Source: Candidatus Multivorans sp. | Lineage (GTDB): Bacteria > Acidobacteriota > Thermoanaerobaculia > Multivoradales > Multivoraceae | Length of the DNA stretch: 64,000 bases | Assembly (NCBI GenBank): GCA_965224025.1 | Contig: OZ245033.1 | Location: 2,784,001 to 2,848,000, forward strand | Direction: 5' to 3' | Shown: positions 49,802-59,596 of the stretch, one piece after another | Position numbering within the stretch: the stretch's first letter is position 1 | Layout: the number at the start of each line of letters is the position of its first letter | Notes under the pieces: model-generated | What the model saw: only the letters and a program-made list of their open reading frames with translations | What the model was told of the DNA's origin: nothing | The model's database searches: none | Position numbers and translations under genes: made by a program

Positions 49802-50047
49802 CTAGTCATCGACCCAGGGATCGATGATGGCGTCGATGTCGTTCCGGAAGCGGCGCGCATCGATCCGGGGAGCGGTTCTCGAAGCTTCTTCGAGAGTGGC
49901 GCGGGACACGAACCGTCTAGCAGCCACCGGCCTCAGTTCGGCCACCGGAGTTCCGTTGCGGGTAATGGTCATGGACTGGCCCTCCTGAACGGCCCGGAGC
50001 ACCTTCGCCGAGTCGTTGCGGAGTTGTCTTTGGGTGATCGTTCGCAC
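49802..50047 (-). CDS. Phd/YefM family antitoxin
   Basis: TITQRQLRNDSAKVL..V..G....ITRNGTPVAEL. Confidence 0.88.
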   Translation of the reverse strand: MRTITQRQLRNDSAKVLRAVQEGQSMTITRNGTPVAELRPVAARRFVSRATLEEASRTAPRIDARRFRNDIDAIIDPWVDD

Positions 50048-50051
50048 GCGG

Positions 50052-50168
50052 CGTAGCGTAGCAACTGTAGCGCTTTGTAGCAAGATGGTCCTTTCTGTAG
50101 AGTTCAACTACAGACTAGATGCAGCTAGAGGGCTAGGCCCAGCTACAGGATCAGATCCAACTACAGAC
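50052..50168. promoter_or_regulatory. Cluster of TGTAG/CTACA boxes upstream of phd-vapC (putative operator array)
   Basis: Repeated (T)GTAGC, palindrome TCTGTAG-N7-CTACAGA (50094-50114), CAACTACAGAC twice (50105, 50158). Confidence 0.55.
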
Positions 50169-50197
50169 AAAGACGGAGAGAACAGCGGAGATCTCGC

Positions 50198-51718
50198 ATG
50201 GGCGAACGACATCGTGTTCCGGTTGCAGTCGCGTTCCTCTTGGCGGCGCTCGCGAGTGCCTGCTCCACGGATGGGAGCGTCGGTGAGCAGGAAGCGGCCG
50301 CGGCCGTCCCGCCGCCGAACATTGTCGTCATCCTGGCGGACGACCTCGGTTACGCCGACGTCTCGACCTACGGCGACCGCCTTCAGACGCCGAACATCGA
50401 CCGGATCGGCCGCGAGGGAGCGGTGTTCACGCAGGGCTACGTGACGACCCCGGTGTGTTCGCCGTCGCGGGCCGCGCTGCTCACCGGCCGCTACCAGCAG
50501 CGGTTCGGGTTCGAGTACAACGCCCGTCAGGCGCCGGAGGTGCCGGATGTCGGGCTCATCGCCGGCGAGCTGACGATCGCAGACCACCTGAAGGCGGCCG
50601 GCTACGCGACCGGCATCGTCGGCAAGTGGCACCTGGGCTTCAAGGACGAGCACTACCCGACGAACCGCGGTTTCGACGAGTTCTACGGGCATCTTTCGGG
50701 GGCGACGTCGTTCATCAGCCGGAGGACCGAGGGCGTGCTGTCGATGCGGACCGACGAGGAATTCCGGCGGCGTCCTCCAGATGATCCGCGTACCGATTTG
50801 CTGATCAGAGGCACGGAGGCTCCGGAGCCGCCCGTCCGCCGCCGGGGCAACCTGATCCTGCGCGGCCCCGAGAAGACCGTGATCGACGAACCGGCCTACA
50901 TCACGGACGTGTTCGGCGACGAGTCGGTGGATTTCATCCGCCGCCACGCCGAAGAACCGTTCTTTCTCTATTCAGCCTTCAACGCGCCCCACTCGCCGTT
51001 CGAGGTGACCGAGGAGTACTACAACCGCTTCCCGGATGTCGAAAACGAGCTGCACCGGATCTACTTCGGCATGATCGCCGCCCTCGACGATGCCGTGGGT
51101 CGTATCCTGGACGCGCTCGACGAGGCCGGGGTCGCGGACAACACATTGGTCGTCTTCCTGTCGGACAACGGCTGCGCCGGCTACTTCCCCGGCTTGTGCT
51201 CCTGCGAGCCGCTCTCCGGCGGCAAGCTGACCTACTACGAGGGCGGCGTCCGCGTTCCGTTCCTGCTTCGCTGGCCGGCGGCGGTAGCGCCCGGGATCCG
51301 GATCGACGCGCCGGTGTCGACGCTCGACGTCTTGCCGACGGCGTTGTCGGCCGTCGGAGCGGAGACGCCCGCCGGCCTCGAGCTGGACGGGCTCGACCTG
51401 ATGCCCCTTCTCGGCAGGTCGGCCGAGGCGACCGGCCACGGCCGGCTCTTGTGGCGGAACTACCCGACAGTCGCTGTCCGTAGCGGCGACCTGAAGCTGA
51501 TCAAGCCGAACCAGGATGAGCCCGGCGGTTTTCTCTACGATCTGTCGAGCGACGTCCGGGAGCAGACCGACCTCGCCGCCGAGCGGCCGGCCGAGGTCGC
51601 CAACCTCGAAGCGGTGATCGAGGACTGGCGCTCGATCACGGTGGAACCCGCGTGGAGCCGCCGCCGACCGCTCGCCTACTCGATCTGCAGTATCGAGCCC
51701 ATCGGGTTTGAAAACTAG
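50198..51718 (+). CDS. Sulfatase lipoprotein
   Basis: ASAC lipobox, PNIVVILADDLGY, CSPSRAALLTG, GKWHLG, SDNG, YEGGVRVP. Confidence 0.92.
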   Translation: MGERHRVPVAVAFLLAALASACSTDGSVGEQEAAAAVPPPNIVVILADDLGYADVSTYGDRLQTPNIDRIGREGAVFTQGYVTTPVCSPSRAALLTGRYQQRFGFEYNARQAPEVPDVGLIAGELTIADHLKAAGYATGIVGKWHLGFKDEHYPTNRGFDEFYGHLSGATSFISRRTEGVLSMRTDEEFRRRPPDDPRTDLLIRGTEAPEPPVRRRGNLILRGPEKTVIDEPAYITDVFGDESVDFIRRHAEEPFFLYSAFNAPHSPFEVTEEYYNRFPDVENELHRIYFGMIAALDDAVGRILDALDEAGVADNTLVVFLSDNGCAGYFPGLCSCEPLSGGKLTYYEGGVRVPFLLRWPAAVAPGIRIDAPVSTLDVLPTALSAVGAETPAGLELDGLDLMPLLGRSAEATGHGRLLWRNYPTVAVRSGDLKLIKPNQDEPGGFLYDLSSDVREQTDLAAERPAEVANLEAVIEDWRSITVEPAWSRRRPLAYSICSIEPIGFEN

Positions 51719-51897
51719 GCGGCTGCGGCCGTCCAGCCGCCGTCTGGCCACCGGGGGACCTCAGGTCCCCATGTGGCTGGAACAATTCGCGCGGTTCGCG
51801 GTTGTAAGAGTGAGTCCCAGTGCATCGATGTGGCTGATGAACGCCGCCCGGGAGCGCCTGCCGCTCCTGACGGCAGGCGAAGAACGGGAGGTTGCGA

Positions 51898-54533
51898 ATG
51901 ACGACCTGGATGGAAACGGAGCCTGGTCGGCGGCGGAAAGCCGCGATCGTGTTGACGGCGCTGGCGATCGTTCTCACGAGCGGATCGTGCGGCGGCCCGA
52001 TGGCCCTGGAAGAGTCGAGCGTCGAGGACGAGATGGCAGCTCTGGTGGCGGAAGTCGGCCCCGACTGGGAGGTTGTGGAGGACTATGTCGAGAGTGAACG
52101 GACCTGGATGGCCCGGATCCTCGCGTCCGGCAGGGCCACGGACCACGACTCGTCCCCGAGCGTCGGAGAGGCGGCTGGAGCAACGCAGCGGGTCTTCGTG
52201 GTTCGCGCATCCGGCGATGGCGCCCCACCGCGTGCCGAAATGGAGCAGGCACTGCGAGCGGCGCTCGAGGCGGAGAACGGCGCCGACGTGGAGCAACGGC
52301 TGGGAGCGGTGCTCGAGGACCTGAACGGCGCCGAGCTCGTGGATCCCGAAGACGAGGACTCTTCTGTGAGCACTGCGGTCAACGAGACTCTGCGAGCGGC
52401 GCTCGCGGCGCAGCTTGGTGCCGAATCGGCGGACCTGCGGCGCGAAGACGAGGATGCGCCAGAGAGCACGGATGGCGGGACGTCCGACGCCCCCGACGTT
52501 CGTCGTGCGGCCGCCGCCGCCATCGCGATTCTGGAGGTCGGCGGGACACATGAGAAGACAGTGGAGGCCGCGGAGTTTCTCGTCAACTCCGCGGCGATGA
52601 CGCCGGGAGGTCAGAAGTACGCCTCCAGGGGCGCCAGGGCTCTGCTCGAGTACGCACCCGACTACGAGGGTTGGGGGTCGATGCTGCAGCGAATGCACCT
52701 GTTGGGGGGCGTCGGGCCGGACAGGGGGGCCGCGGCGGTTGCCTTCTTTGAGGAGTTGGCTTCCGGGACCGACGATCCGGTGCTGCGTGCCGCGGGCAGG
52801 TACTACGTCGCGGCCGGACGGATGCACTCCGCGAACGCTCCCGGGATGTCCGGGGAGGATCGCGCAGCCGAACGTCAGAGCGCCCTCAACCTGGCAACCG
52901 GCTTGAGCGATGGCGTAGAGGACGAGAAGCTGCCAGGTGACGCGCGGACCTTCGCGGATGCGGAGGCCGACCTCACCCGCGGCATACGCCACGGGACCGT
53001 GGGCAGCAAGGTCCCGGACCTTGTGGGCAGTCGGCTGGATGGCGCCCCCGAACGCCTCTTGGACTACAGGGGCCGTGTGGTGCTCCTCGATTTCTGGGCA
53101 ACCTGGTGCGGGCCGTGCGTGGCCGCGCTGCCGCAGAAACGACAACTCGTTGCCGACCTCCCAGCGGACCGATTCGCTCTCCTGTCGATCAGTGTCGATG
53201 CGGAGCTCGAAACCGTGACCGGATTCATGGAGGACGAGCCCATGCCGTGGGCGAACTGGCATGTTGGAATGGCGAGCGAGATCGCACGTACCCTGAATGT
53301 CGGCTCCTACCCGACCTACGTTCTCATTGACGAGCACGGTGAGATTCTCGAAAGGACGAACCACCTCCCCGATGATTTTGTGACGCTCATCGAGGAAGCG
53401 GTCGGGCGTGGCCGGGCGGCGAGCGTCGAGGATGAGTTCGCGGCGTTGGTGAGGCGGTTGGCCCCGACTGGGAGGTCGTCGAGGAGTTCCACGACCGGCA
53501 GCGCGAGTGGTCGGAGCGTTTCCGCGAGCTCAGCATGAGCGACGTTTCCGAAAAGAGCCTTCAGGAACTTGGTCGCGAGCAACCGGACATCGGCCGTGCC
53601 GCGGTCGCGGCTACGGCGATACTCGACGCAGGCGGCGAACACGAGAAGACGATTCAGGCCGCGGAGTTTCTCGTGCTCCACGCGGGCCTCAGGGCAGGTG
53701 GGGACGAACACGCCTACCGGGGAGCCAAGGCTCTTCTCGCGTACGCACCCGACTACGAAGAGTGGCGGATGGTCCTGAGTCGACTGGACATGCTCCGGCA
53801 TTTCGGCGAGGACGGGAAGTCGTCCCGGCCCCTGGTCGATACCTTCTTCGAGGAGTTGGTGTCGGACGCCGAAGATCCGGTTCTGCGGGGCGCGGGGCGT
53901 TACTACCTGGCGACGGGTCTGCTGGAGGCGGTGAACGTCTCCGGATTGTCCCCGGAAGACCGTGCCGCCAGACGCCAGGATGCCCTCGACGCGGCGGAGG
54001 AGCTTAGCGCGGGCGTGGAGGAGGAGGAGTTCCCTGGTGCCGGGCTCGCCACGATGACATTCGCGGACGCGGAGGCCCAACTGATTCAGACCATACGGCA
54101 CGCGACCGTGGGGAGTACCCCGCCGGAACTCATGGGCAGTACGGTCGATGGCGGCCGGGAGAGTCTGTCGGACTACAGGGGCCGGGTCGCCCTCGTCGAT
54201 TTCTGGGCGACCTGGTGTAAACCGTGCATCGCGGCGTTGCCGAAGCTCCGCGAGCTGGTCGCCGATCTTCCGGCGGATCGGTTCACCCTGCTGGCCATCA
54301 GCGTGGACGCGAAGCTCGAAACCGTGACGGAGTTCCTGGAGGACGAGCCGATGCCCTGGTCGAACTGGCATGTCGGGACGGGGAGCGAAGTCACCCGGAC
54401 CCTCGACGTCAGTTCCTACCCCACCTACATACTGATCGACGAGCACGGCGAGATCCTGGCCAGGACCGGCGGCCTGAAGGACGACTTCCTGTCCATGATC
54501 GAGGAGGCCGTCGAGCAGGTCCCGGCTGCTTGA
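51898..54533 (+). CDS. Lipoprotein with two tandem [helical domain + TlpA redoxin] modules; one frameshift near 53451
   Basis: GGGAGG RBS, SGSC lipobox-like motif, DFWATWCGPC and DFWATWCKPC; one extra G restores AALVEAVGPDWEVVE, matching module 1. Confidence 0.8.
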
Positions 54534-54623
54534 GGAGGCCGCCGAACCGTTTCCGGGGCCGACCGGGCGAGTACCCGGCTACGGGGAACGACGGAGTCGA
54601 TAGAGGTATCGTAGGGCTCGTTC

Positions 54624-55958
54624 ATGCGTAGTCTCCGGTATCTGCTCGTCGCCGCGGTCTTCCCGTTTGCCGTCCTCGCGTCTCAGGCGGCCGGTTCCGC
54701 CCAGAATCTCGCCGACGCGATCGCCGAGGACTACCGGACGGAGTTGAAGTCGCTCTTCGAGCACTTCCACCGCAACCCGGAACTCTCCTTCCTCGAACAC
54801 AAGACGGCGGCGCGGGTCGCCGACGAACTGCGGAAGTCGGGCGTCGAGGTCACTGACGGCATCGGCCGCACAGGCATCGTCGGCATGATGGAGAACGGCG
54901 CCGGCCCGCTGGTCCTGGTGCGGGCCGACATGGACGGCCTGCCGGTGGCGGAGAGATCCGAGCTGCCCTACGCCTCGACGGCGACCCAGGTCGACCTCTC
55001 GGGCAAGGAAGTGCCGGTCATGCACGCCTGCGGCCACGACATGCACATCACGACGATGGTCGGCGTGGCGCGCCGGCTCGCCGCGATGCGCGACCAGTGG
55101 TCGGGAACGGTCATGTTCGTGGGCCAGCCGGCGGAAGAACGGATCATGGGCGCCCGCGAGATGCTCGAGGACGGCCTCTACGAGCGCTTCGGCGTACCGG
55201 ACTACGCTTTGGCCTTGCATGTGTCGGCGGGCAAACCGGCCGGGAAGATCGAGGTGCCGCCGGGCCTGCTGGCGTCGTCGTCGGACAGCGTCGACATTAC
55301 TGTCTTCGGTATCGGTGCGCACGGCGCGTCTCCTCATCGGGGCAAGGACCCGATCTACATCGCGGCGCAGCTTGTCGTGGCGCTCCAGGGCATCGTCAGC
55401 CGGGAGTTGAACCCGCTCGACCCCGGCGTGGTCACGGTGGGGGCGATTCACGGCGGCTTCAAGCACAACGTGATCCCCGACCGCGTCGAACTGCAACTCA
55501 CGGTGCGGGCGAACAGCGAAGAGACGCGCGAGCAGTTGTTGTCGGCGATCGAGCGGATCGCCGAGGGTGTGGGCCGGGCTGCCGGACTGCCTGCTTCGCT
55601 GCTGCCGAAGGTCGTGCGCACGAAGGAATCGACACCGGTGACGGTGAACGACCCGGAAATGGCGGCCAGGGTGCGGGCGGCGATTGCCGGCGGCATGGGC
55701 GAGGATGTGTTCCATAGTGAGCCACCTTCCGGCATGGGCGCCGAGGACTTCGCTTACTTCGTGCGCACGGAGCACGAAGTGCCGGGAACGTACTTCAATG
55801 TGGGGGGCACGTCGCAAGCCGACCTGGAGGCCGAGGCGGAAGGTGGACCGCCGGTGCCGTCGCATCACTCGCCGTTCTTCCGCATCGAGCCGGAACCGGC
55901 GATTCGGGCCGGTGTCGAGGCGATGACGCTGGCGGTGCTCGACCTGCTTCAGCCGTAG
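54624..55958 (+). CDS. Secreted M20D amidohydrolase
   Basis: HRNPELS, RADMDGLP, MHACGHDMH, QPAEE, GAHG, MGAEDF, HHSP. Confidence 0.92.
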   Translation: MRSLRYLLVAAVFPFAVLASQAAGSAQNLADAIAEDYRTELKSLFEHFHRNPELSFLEHKTAARVADELRKSGVEVTDGIGRTGIVGMMENGAGPLVLVRADMDGLPVAERSELPYASTATQVDLSGKEVPVMHACGHDMHITTMVGVARRLAAMRDQWSGTVMFVGQPAEERIMGAREMLEDGLYERFGVPDYALALHVSAGKPAGKIEVPPGLLASSSDSVDITVFGIGAHGASPHRGKDPIYIAAQLVVALQGIVSRELNPLDPGVVTVGAIHGGFKHNVIPDRVELQLTVRANSEETREQLLSAIERIAEGVGRAAGLPASLLPKVVRTKESTPVTVNDPEMAARVRAAIAGGMGEDVFHSEPPSGMGAEDFAYFVRTEHEVPGTYFNVGGTSQADLEAEAEGGPPVPSHHSPFFRIEPEPAIRAGVEAMTLAVLDLLQP

Positions 55959-55962
55959 GCCG

Positions 55963-56631
55963 ATGCCCGAGCCCGAAGGCCCCTTCGAGCAGATTCCGGA
56001 GGCCGCGCTGGGGAAGGTCCTCGCCGAGCTGGAGCGGCTCTACCCAAACGCGGACTGCGAACTCCGCCACGAGAACGCGCTCCAGCTCCTGATCGCGACG
56101 ATCCTCTCGGCGCAGTCGACCGATGTACGCGTGAATCTGGTCACGGCAACCCTGTTCGCGCGCTACCGGTCTGCTTTGGAGTTCGCGGCGGCCGATCCGG
56201 CGGTCTTCGAGCAGGAGATCCGCGGCACCGGCTTCTTCCGCAACAAGACGAAGAGCGTGCTCGGCGCGGCCAGGAAGATCGTCCAAGACTTCGGCGGCGA
56301 AGTGCCGGACACGATGGAGGAACTCGTCACCCTCCCGGGCGTGGCGCGGAAGACGGCGAACGTCGTGCTCGGAACCTGGTTCAAGAAGCCGGTCGGCGTC
56401 GTCGTCGACACCCACATCGGGCGACTTGCGCGCCGTCTGGGCATCACTCGGGAGACGGATCCGGTCCGGGTGGAGCGGGATCTGATGCACCGGCTGCCGC
56501 AGGACAAGTGGATCTTCGCCGGCCACGCGATCATCTGGCATGGCCGCCGCGTCTGTGCGGCGCGGCGGCCCGACTGCGCGAACTGCACGTTGGCCGAGTG
56601 GTGTCCGCGCAACGGGCTGCCGGACGTCTAG
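55963..56631 (+). CDS. nth: Endonuclease III
   Basis: LLIATILSAQ, LPGVARKTANVV, VDTH, CAARRPDCANCTLAEWCP Fe-S motif. Confidence 0.95.
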   Translation: MPEPEGPFEQIPEAALGKVLAELERLYPNADCELRHENALQLLIATILSAQSTDVRVNLVTATLFARYRSALEFAAADPAVFEQEIRGTGFFRNKTKSVLGAARKIVQDFGGEVPDTMEELVTLPGVARKTANVVLGTWFKKPVGVVVDTHIGRLARRLGITRETDPVRVERDLMHRLPQDKWIFAGHAIIWHGRRVCAARRPDCANCTLAEWCPRNGLPDV

Positions 56632-56725
56632 CGCGCGAAGCGCATCGGTAGCTGCCGCCTCGTGCCGGGGAATCCTGGGTACGCAGGCACCGGCTTCAAT
56701 GGTGCTGCTAGGCTGCCTCGGCTTT

Positions 56726-59596
56726 ATGGGGAAGCGAATCGGTAGTCCGCCGCTTCAGCGTGTGCTAGTGCTGCTGCTGGCGGCTATGCCGCTGTTTGCG
56801 GGGCCCCCTCCGGAGCCGCCGCCGTTCTATGCGATCCAGGGCGCGAGAGTCGAGGTCGGCAATGGCACGGTGGTCGAGCAGGCGACGGTCGTCATCGAGA
56901 ACGGGACGATCACGGCGGTGGCGGAGGATGCGGCCATTCCGCCTCATGCCTGGGTCGTCGACGGCGAGGGGCTGACGGTGTACCCGGGGCTCATAGACGC
57001 GATGGGTCGCCTGCTGCAACCGCGGCGGCCTTCCGGCGGACCTGGTGCGGGCGGACTTGGCCCGGGTGGTCCCAGACGACTCCCGGATCCGGGCAGCCCC
57101 CTGCCGCGCGGTCCGGAGGACCGCCCGCAGACGACGCCGTGGAAACGGGCGGCCGACGACCTGACGCTCGACGCGAAAGCGGTCGAATCGTGGCGCAAGG
57201 CGGGGTTCACGTCGGTCGCGGCACGGCCCGGCGACGGGCTGTTCCCAGGCCTGCTGTCCCTGGTGCGGTTGGGCGCTCCGGGGCGCGATCCGGAGCACCA
57301 GGTGGTTGCCCCCGAGCTTGCGCAGATGGCGTCTTTCAGCGGCGGAGGCGGCTTTGGCTCCTACCCCGGCGCGTTGATGGGTCGGATCGCCTACCTGCGG
57401 CAGTTGCTGTTGGACGCGAGCCACTACGCCTCGGCGGTTGCCGCCTACGAGGCTGACCCCGCCGGTTGGAGGCGGCCCGACTTCGATCCGACGCTGGCGC
57501 CCCTGGCGGCGGTTGCGTCGGGCGAAGAGTGGATCCTGCTGCCTGGCTCGAGCGCTGCCGAAATCGTCCGGGCGCTCCGGCTCGGCGAGGAGCTCGGTCT
57601 CGACTTCATGATCTACGGCGGCCAGGAGGGGTACCGACTGGCTGGGGAACTGGTGGAGGCCGGCGTACCGCTGCTGATCGACGTCGATTGGCCGGCGCCG
57701 TTGGCCGAGCGCGACCGGGATCCGGATGCGGATCGGCCCTTGCGGCAGATCCTCCATGAGCGGCTGGCGCCGTCAACGCCGGCGGAACTGGCGGACGCCG
57801 GGGCGCGGTTTGCGTTGAGTTCCGGTGGCGCAAACAGCCCGGACGAGTTCCTCGCCGGCGTGCGTCGCGCGATTGAAGGAGGCCTGGAACCGGCGCGAGC
57901 GCTCACGGCGCTGACCCGCGACGCGGCGGCGGTCTACGGTCTGGAGGATCGGATCGGCACGGTGTCCGAAGGAATGGCGGCCGACCTGGTGCTGGCCGAC
58001 GGCTACCCCTGGCTGGAGTCGACCCGGGTTGAGGCGGTGTTCATCGACGGCCGCCGCTACGCCGTATCAGACGGTGAAGGCGCCGAGGACGCAGAGGAGG
58101 ACGGCGGAAGCGCCGAGGACGCCGAGGAAGGGACGCTCCAGGCGGAATCGGCCGAGGACGCCGAGGAGCCGGACGAGCCGCGGCGGCGGGGACGCGGCCC
58201 ACGAGGCCCACGCGGTCCGGGTGGCCAACGCGGAGACTCGAGCGTTGCCCCGGCGCCGATGCGGTTGGCCGAGGTGGCGGAGAAGTACGAGGAGGTCGCC
58301 GGCGACTCCGGGGTGCCGATGACGGGCCCATACCGCGAGGACGACGTGCTCGCGATCGTCGGCGGGACGGTCCTGACCATGGCCGGCGAGACGATCGAGA
58401 ACGGCACGGTGGTGGTGCGGGACGGCAGGATCGCGCGGGTCGGCAGCGGTGTCAGACCGCCCCGGAACGCGCATGTGATCGACGCCGCCGGGGGCTACGT
58501 GATCCCGGGCATCATCGACGCCCACTCGCACATCGCCGCCGAGGGCGGCATCAACGAGGGCAGCCTGGCGGTGACCTCCATGGTGCGGGTCGCCGACGTG
58601 GTCGATCCAACCGACATCGGGATCTACCGCGCGCTGGCCGGAGGGGTCACGACGATCAACGTCCTGCACGGCAGCGCGAACCCGATCGGCGGTCAGAACC
58701 AGGTGCTCAAACTGCGCTGGGGCCAGGACGCCGACGGCATGCGCTTCGACGGCGCGCCGCCCGGCATCAAGTTCGCGCTCGGTGAGAATCCGAAGCGGTC
58801 GCGGTCCTTCGGTCAGGGTCTGCGGCGCTATCCGGCGACCCGCATGGGTGTGCTGGACGTGATCCGGCAGGCGTTCACCGAGGCCGCCGAGTACCAGGCG
58901 GCGTGGGCGCGTCACCGCGAGGCGGAAGCCGCCGGTGAGCGCAGCCGGCCGCCGGCTCGCGACCTGGAGCTCGAGGCGCTGGTCGAGATCCTGGAAGGAC
59001 GCCGCCTGGTGCACGCCCACAGCTACCGCGCCGACGAGATCCTGCAGTTGCTGCGTCTGGCGGAGGAGCTGGGCTTCCGGATCGCGACCCTGCAGCACGT
59101 GCTCGAGGGCTACCGGGTCGCGGACGAGATCGCGGCCCACGGCGCCGGGGCTTCGACCTTCTCCGACTGGTGGGCGTACAAGGTCGAGGCCTACGAGGCG
59201 ATCCCCTATAACGCCGCGCTGATGACCGACCGCGGCGTCGTCGTGTCGATCAACTCGGATGACGCGGAGGAGATGCGCCACCTGAACCACGAGGCGGCCA
59301 AGGCGGTCAAGTGGGGTGGGCTAAGCGACGACCAGGCGCTTGCCCTGGTCACGATCAACCCGGCGAAGCAGCTTCGGATCGACGACCGCGTCGGTTCGAT
59401 CGAGGTCGGCAAGGACGCGGATCTCGTCGTCTACGACGGGCATCCGCTGAGCTCCTACGCGGTGGTCCAGACCACCCTGGTCGACGGCAAGGTCTACTTC
59501 GACCGCGAGTTGGATCGGGTGCGCCAGGGAAACCTGGCCGCGCTGGAACAGTCGCTGATGGAGTTGGACGACGAAGACGGTGGAGAAGCGCCGTGA
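56726..59596 (+). CDS. Secreted tandem double amidohydrolase
   Basis: Two TIM-barrel amidohydrolase units (PGLIDAMG; PGIIDAHSH) joined by an acidic and RGP-rich linker; start estimated. Confidence 0.85.
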   Translation: MGKRIGSPPLQRVLVLLLAAMPLFAGPPPEPPPFYAIQGARVEVGNGTVVEQATVVIENGTITAVAEDAAIPPHAWVVDGEGLTVYPGLIDAMGRLLQPRRPSGGPGAGGLGPGGPRRLPDPGSPLPRGPEDRPQTTPWKRAADDLTLDAKAVESWRKAGFTSVAARPGDGLFPGLLSLVRLGAPGRDPEHQVVAPELAQMASFSGGGGFGSYPGALMGRIAYLRQLLLDASHYASAVAAYEADPAGWRRPDFDPTLAPLAAVASGEEWILLPGSSAAEIVRALRLGEELGLDFMIYGGQEGYRLAGELVEAGVPLLIDVDWPAPLAERDRDPDADRPLRQILHERLAPSTPAELADAGARFALSSGGANSPDEFLAGVRRAIEGGLEPARALTALTRDAAAVYGLEDRIGTVSEGMAADLVLADGYPWLESTRVEAVFIDGRRYAVSDGEGAEDAEEDGGSAEDAEEGTLQAESAEDAEEPDEPRRRGRGPRGPRGPGGQRGDSSVAPAPMRLAEVAEKYEEVAGDSGVPMTGPYREDDVLAIVGGTVLTMAGETIENGTVVVRDGRIARVGSGVRPPRNAHVIDAAGGYVIPGIIDAHSHIAAEGGINEGSLAVTSMVRVADVVDPTDIGIYRALAGGVTTINVLHGSANPIGGQNQVLKLRWGQDADGMRFDGAPPGIKFALGENPKRSRSFGQGLRRYPATRMGVLDVIRQAFTEAAEYQAAWARHREAEAAGERSRPPARDLELEALVEILEGRRLVHAHSYRADEILQLLRLAEELGFRIATLQHVLEGYRVADEIAAHGAGASTFSDWWAYKVEAYEAIPYNAALMTDRGVVVSINSDDAEEMRHLNHEAAKAVKWGGLSDDQALALVTINPAKQLRIDDRVGSIEVGKDADLVVYDGHPLSSYAVVQTTLVDGKVYFDRELDRVRQGNLAALEQSLMELDDEDGGEAP

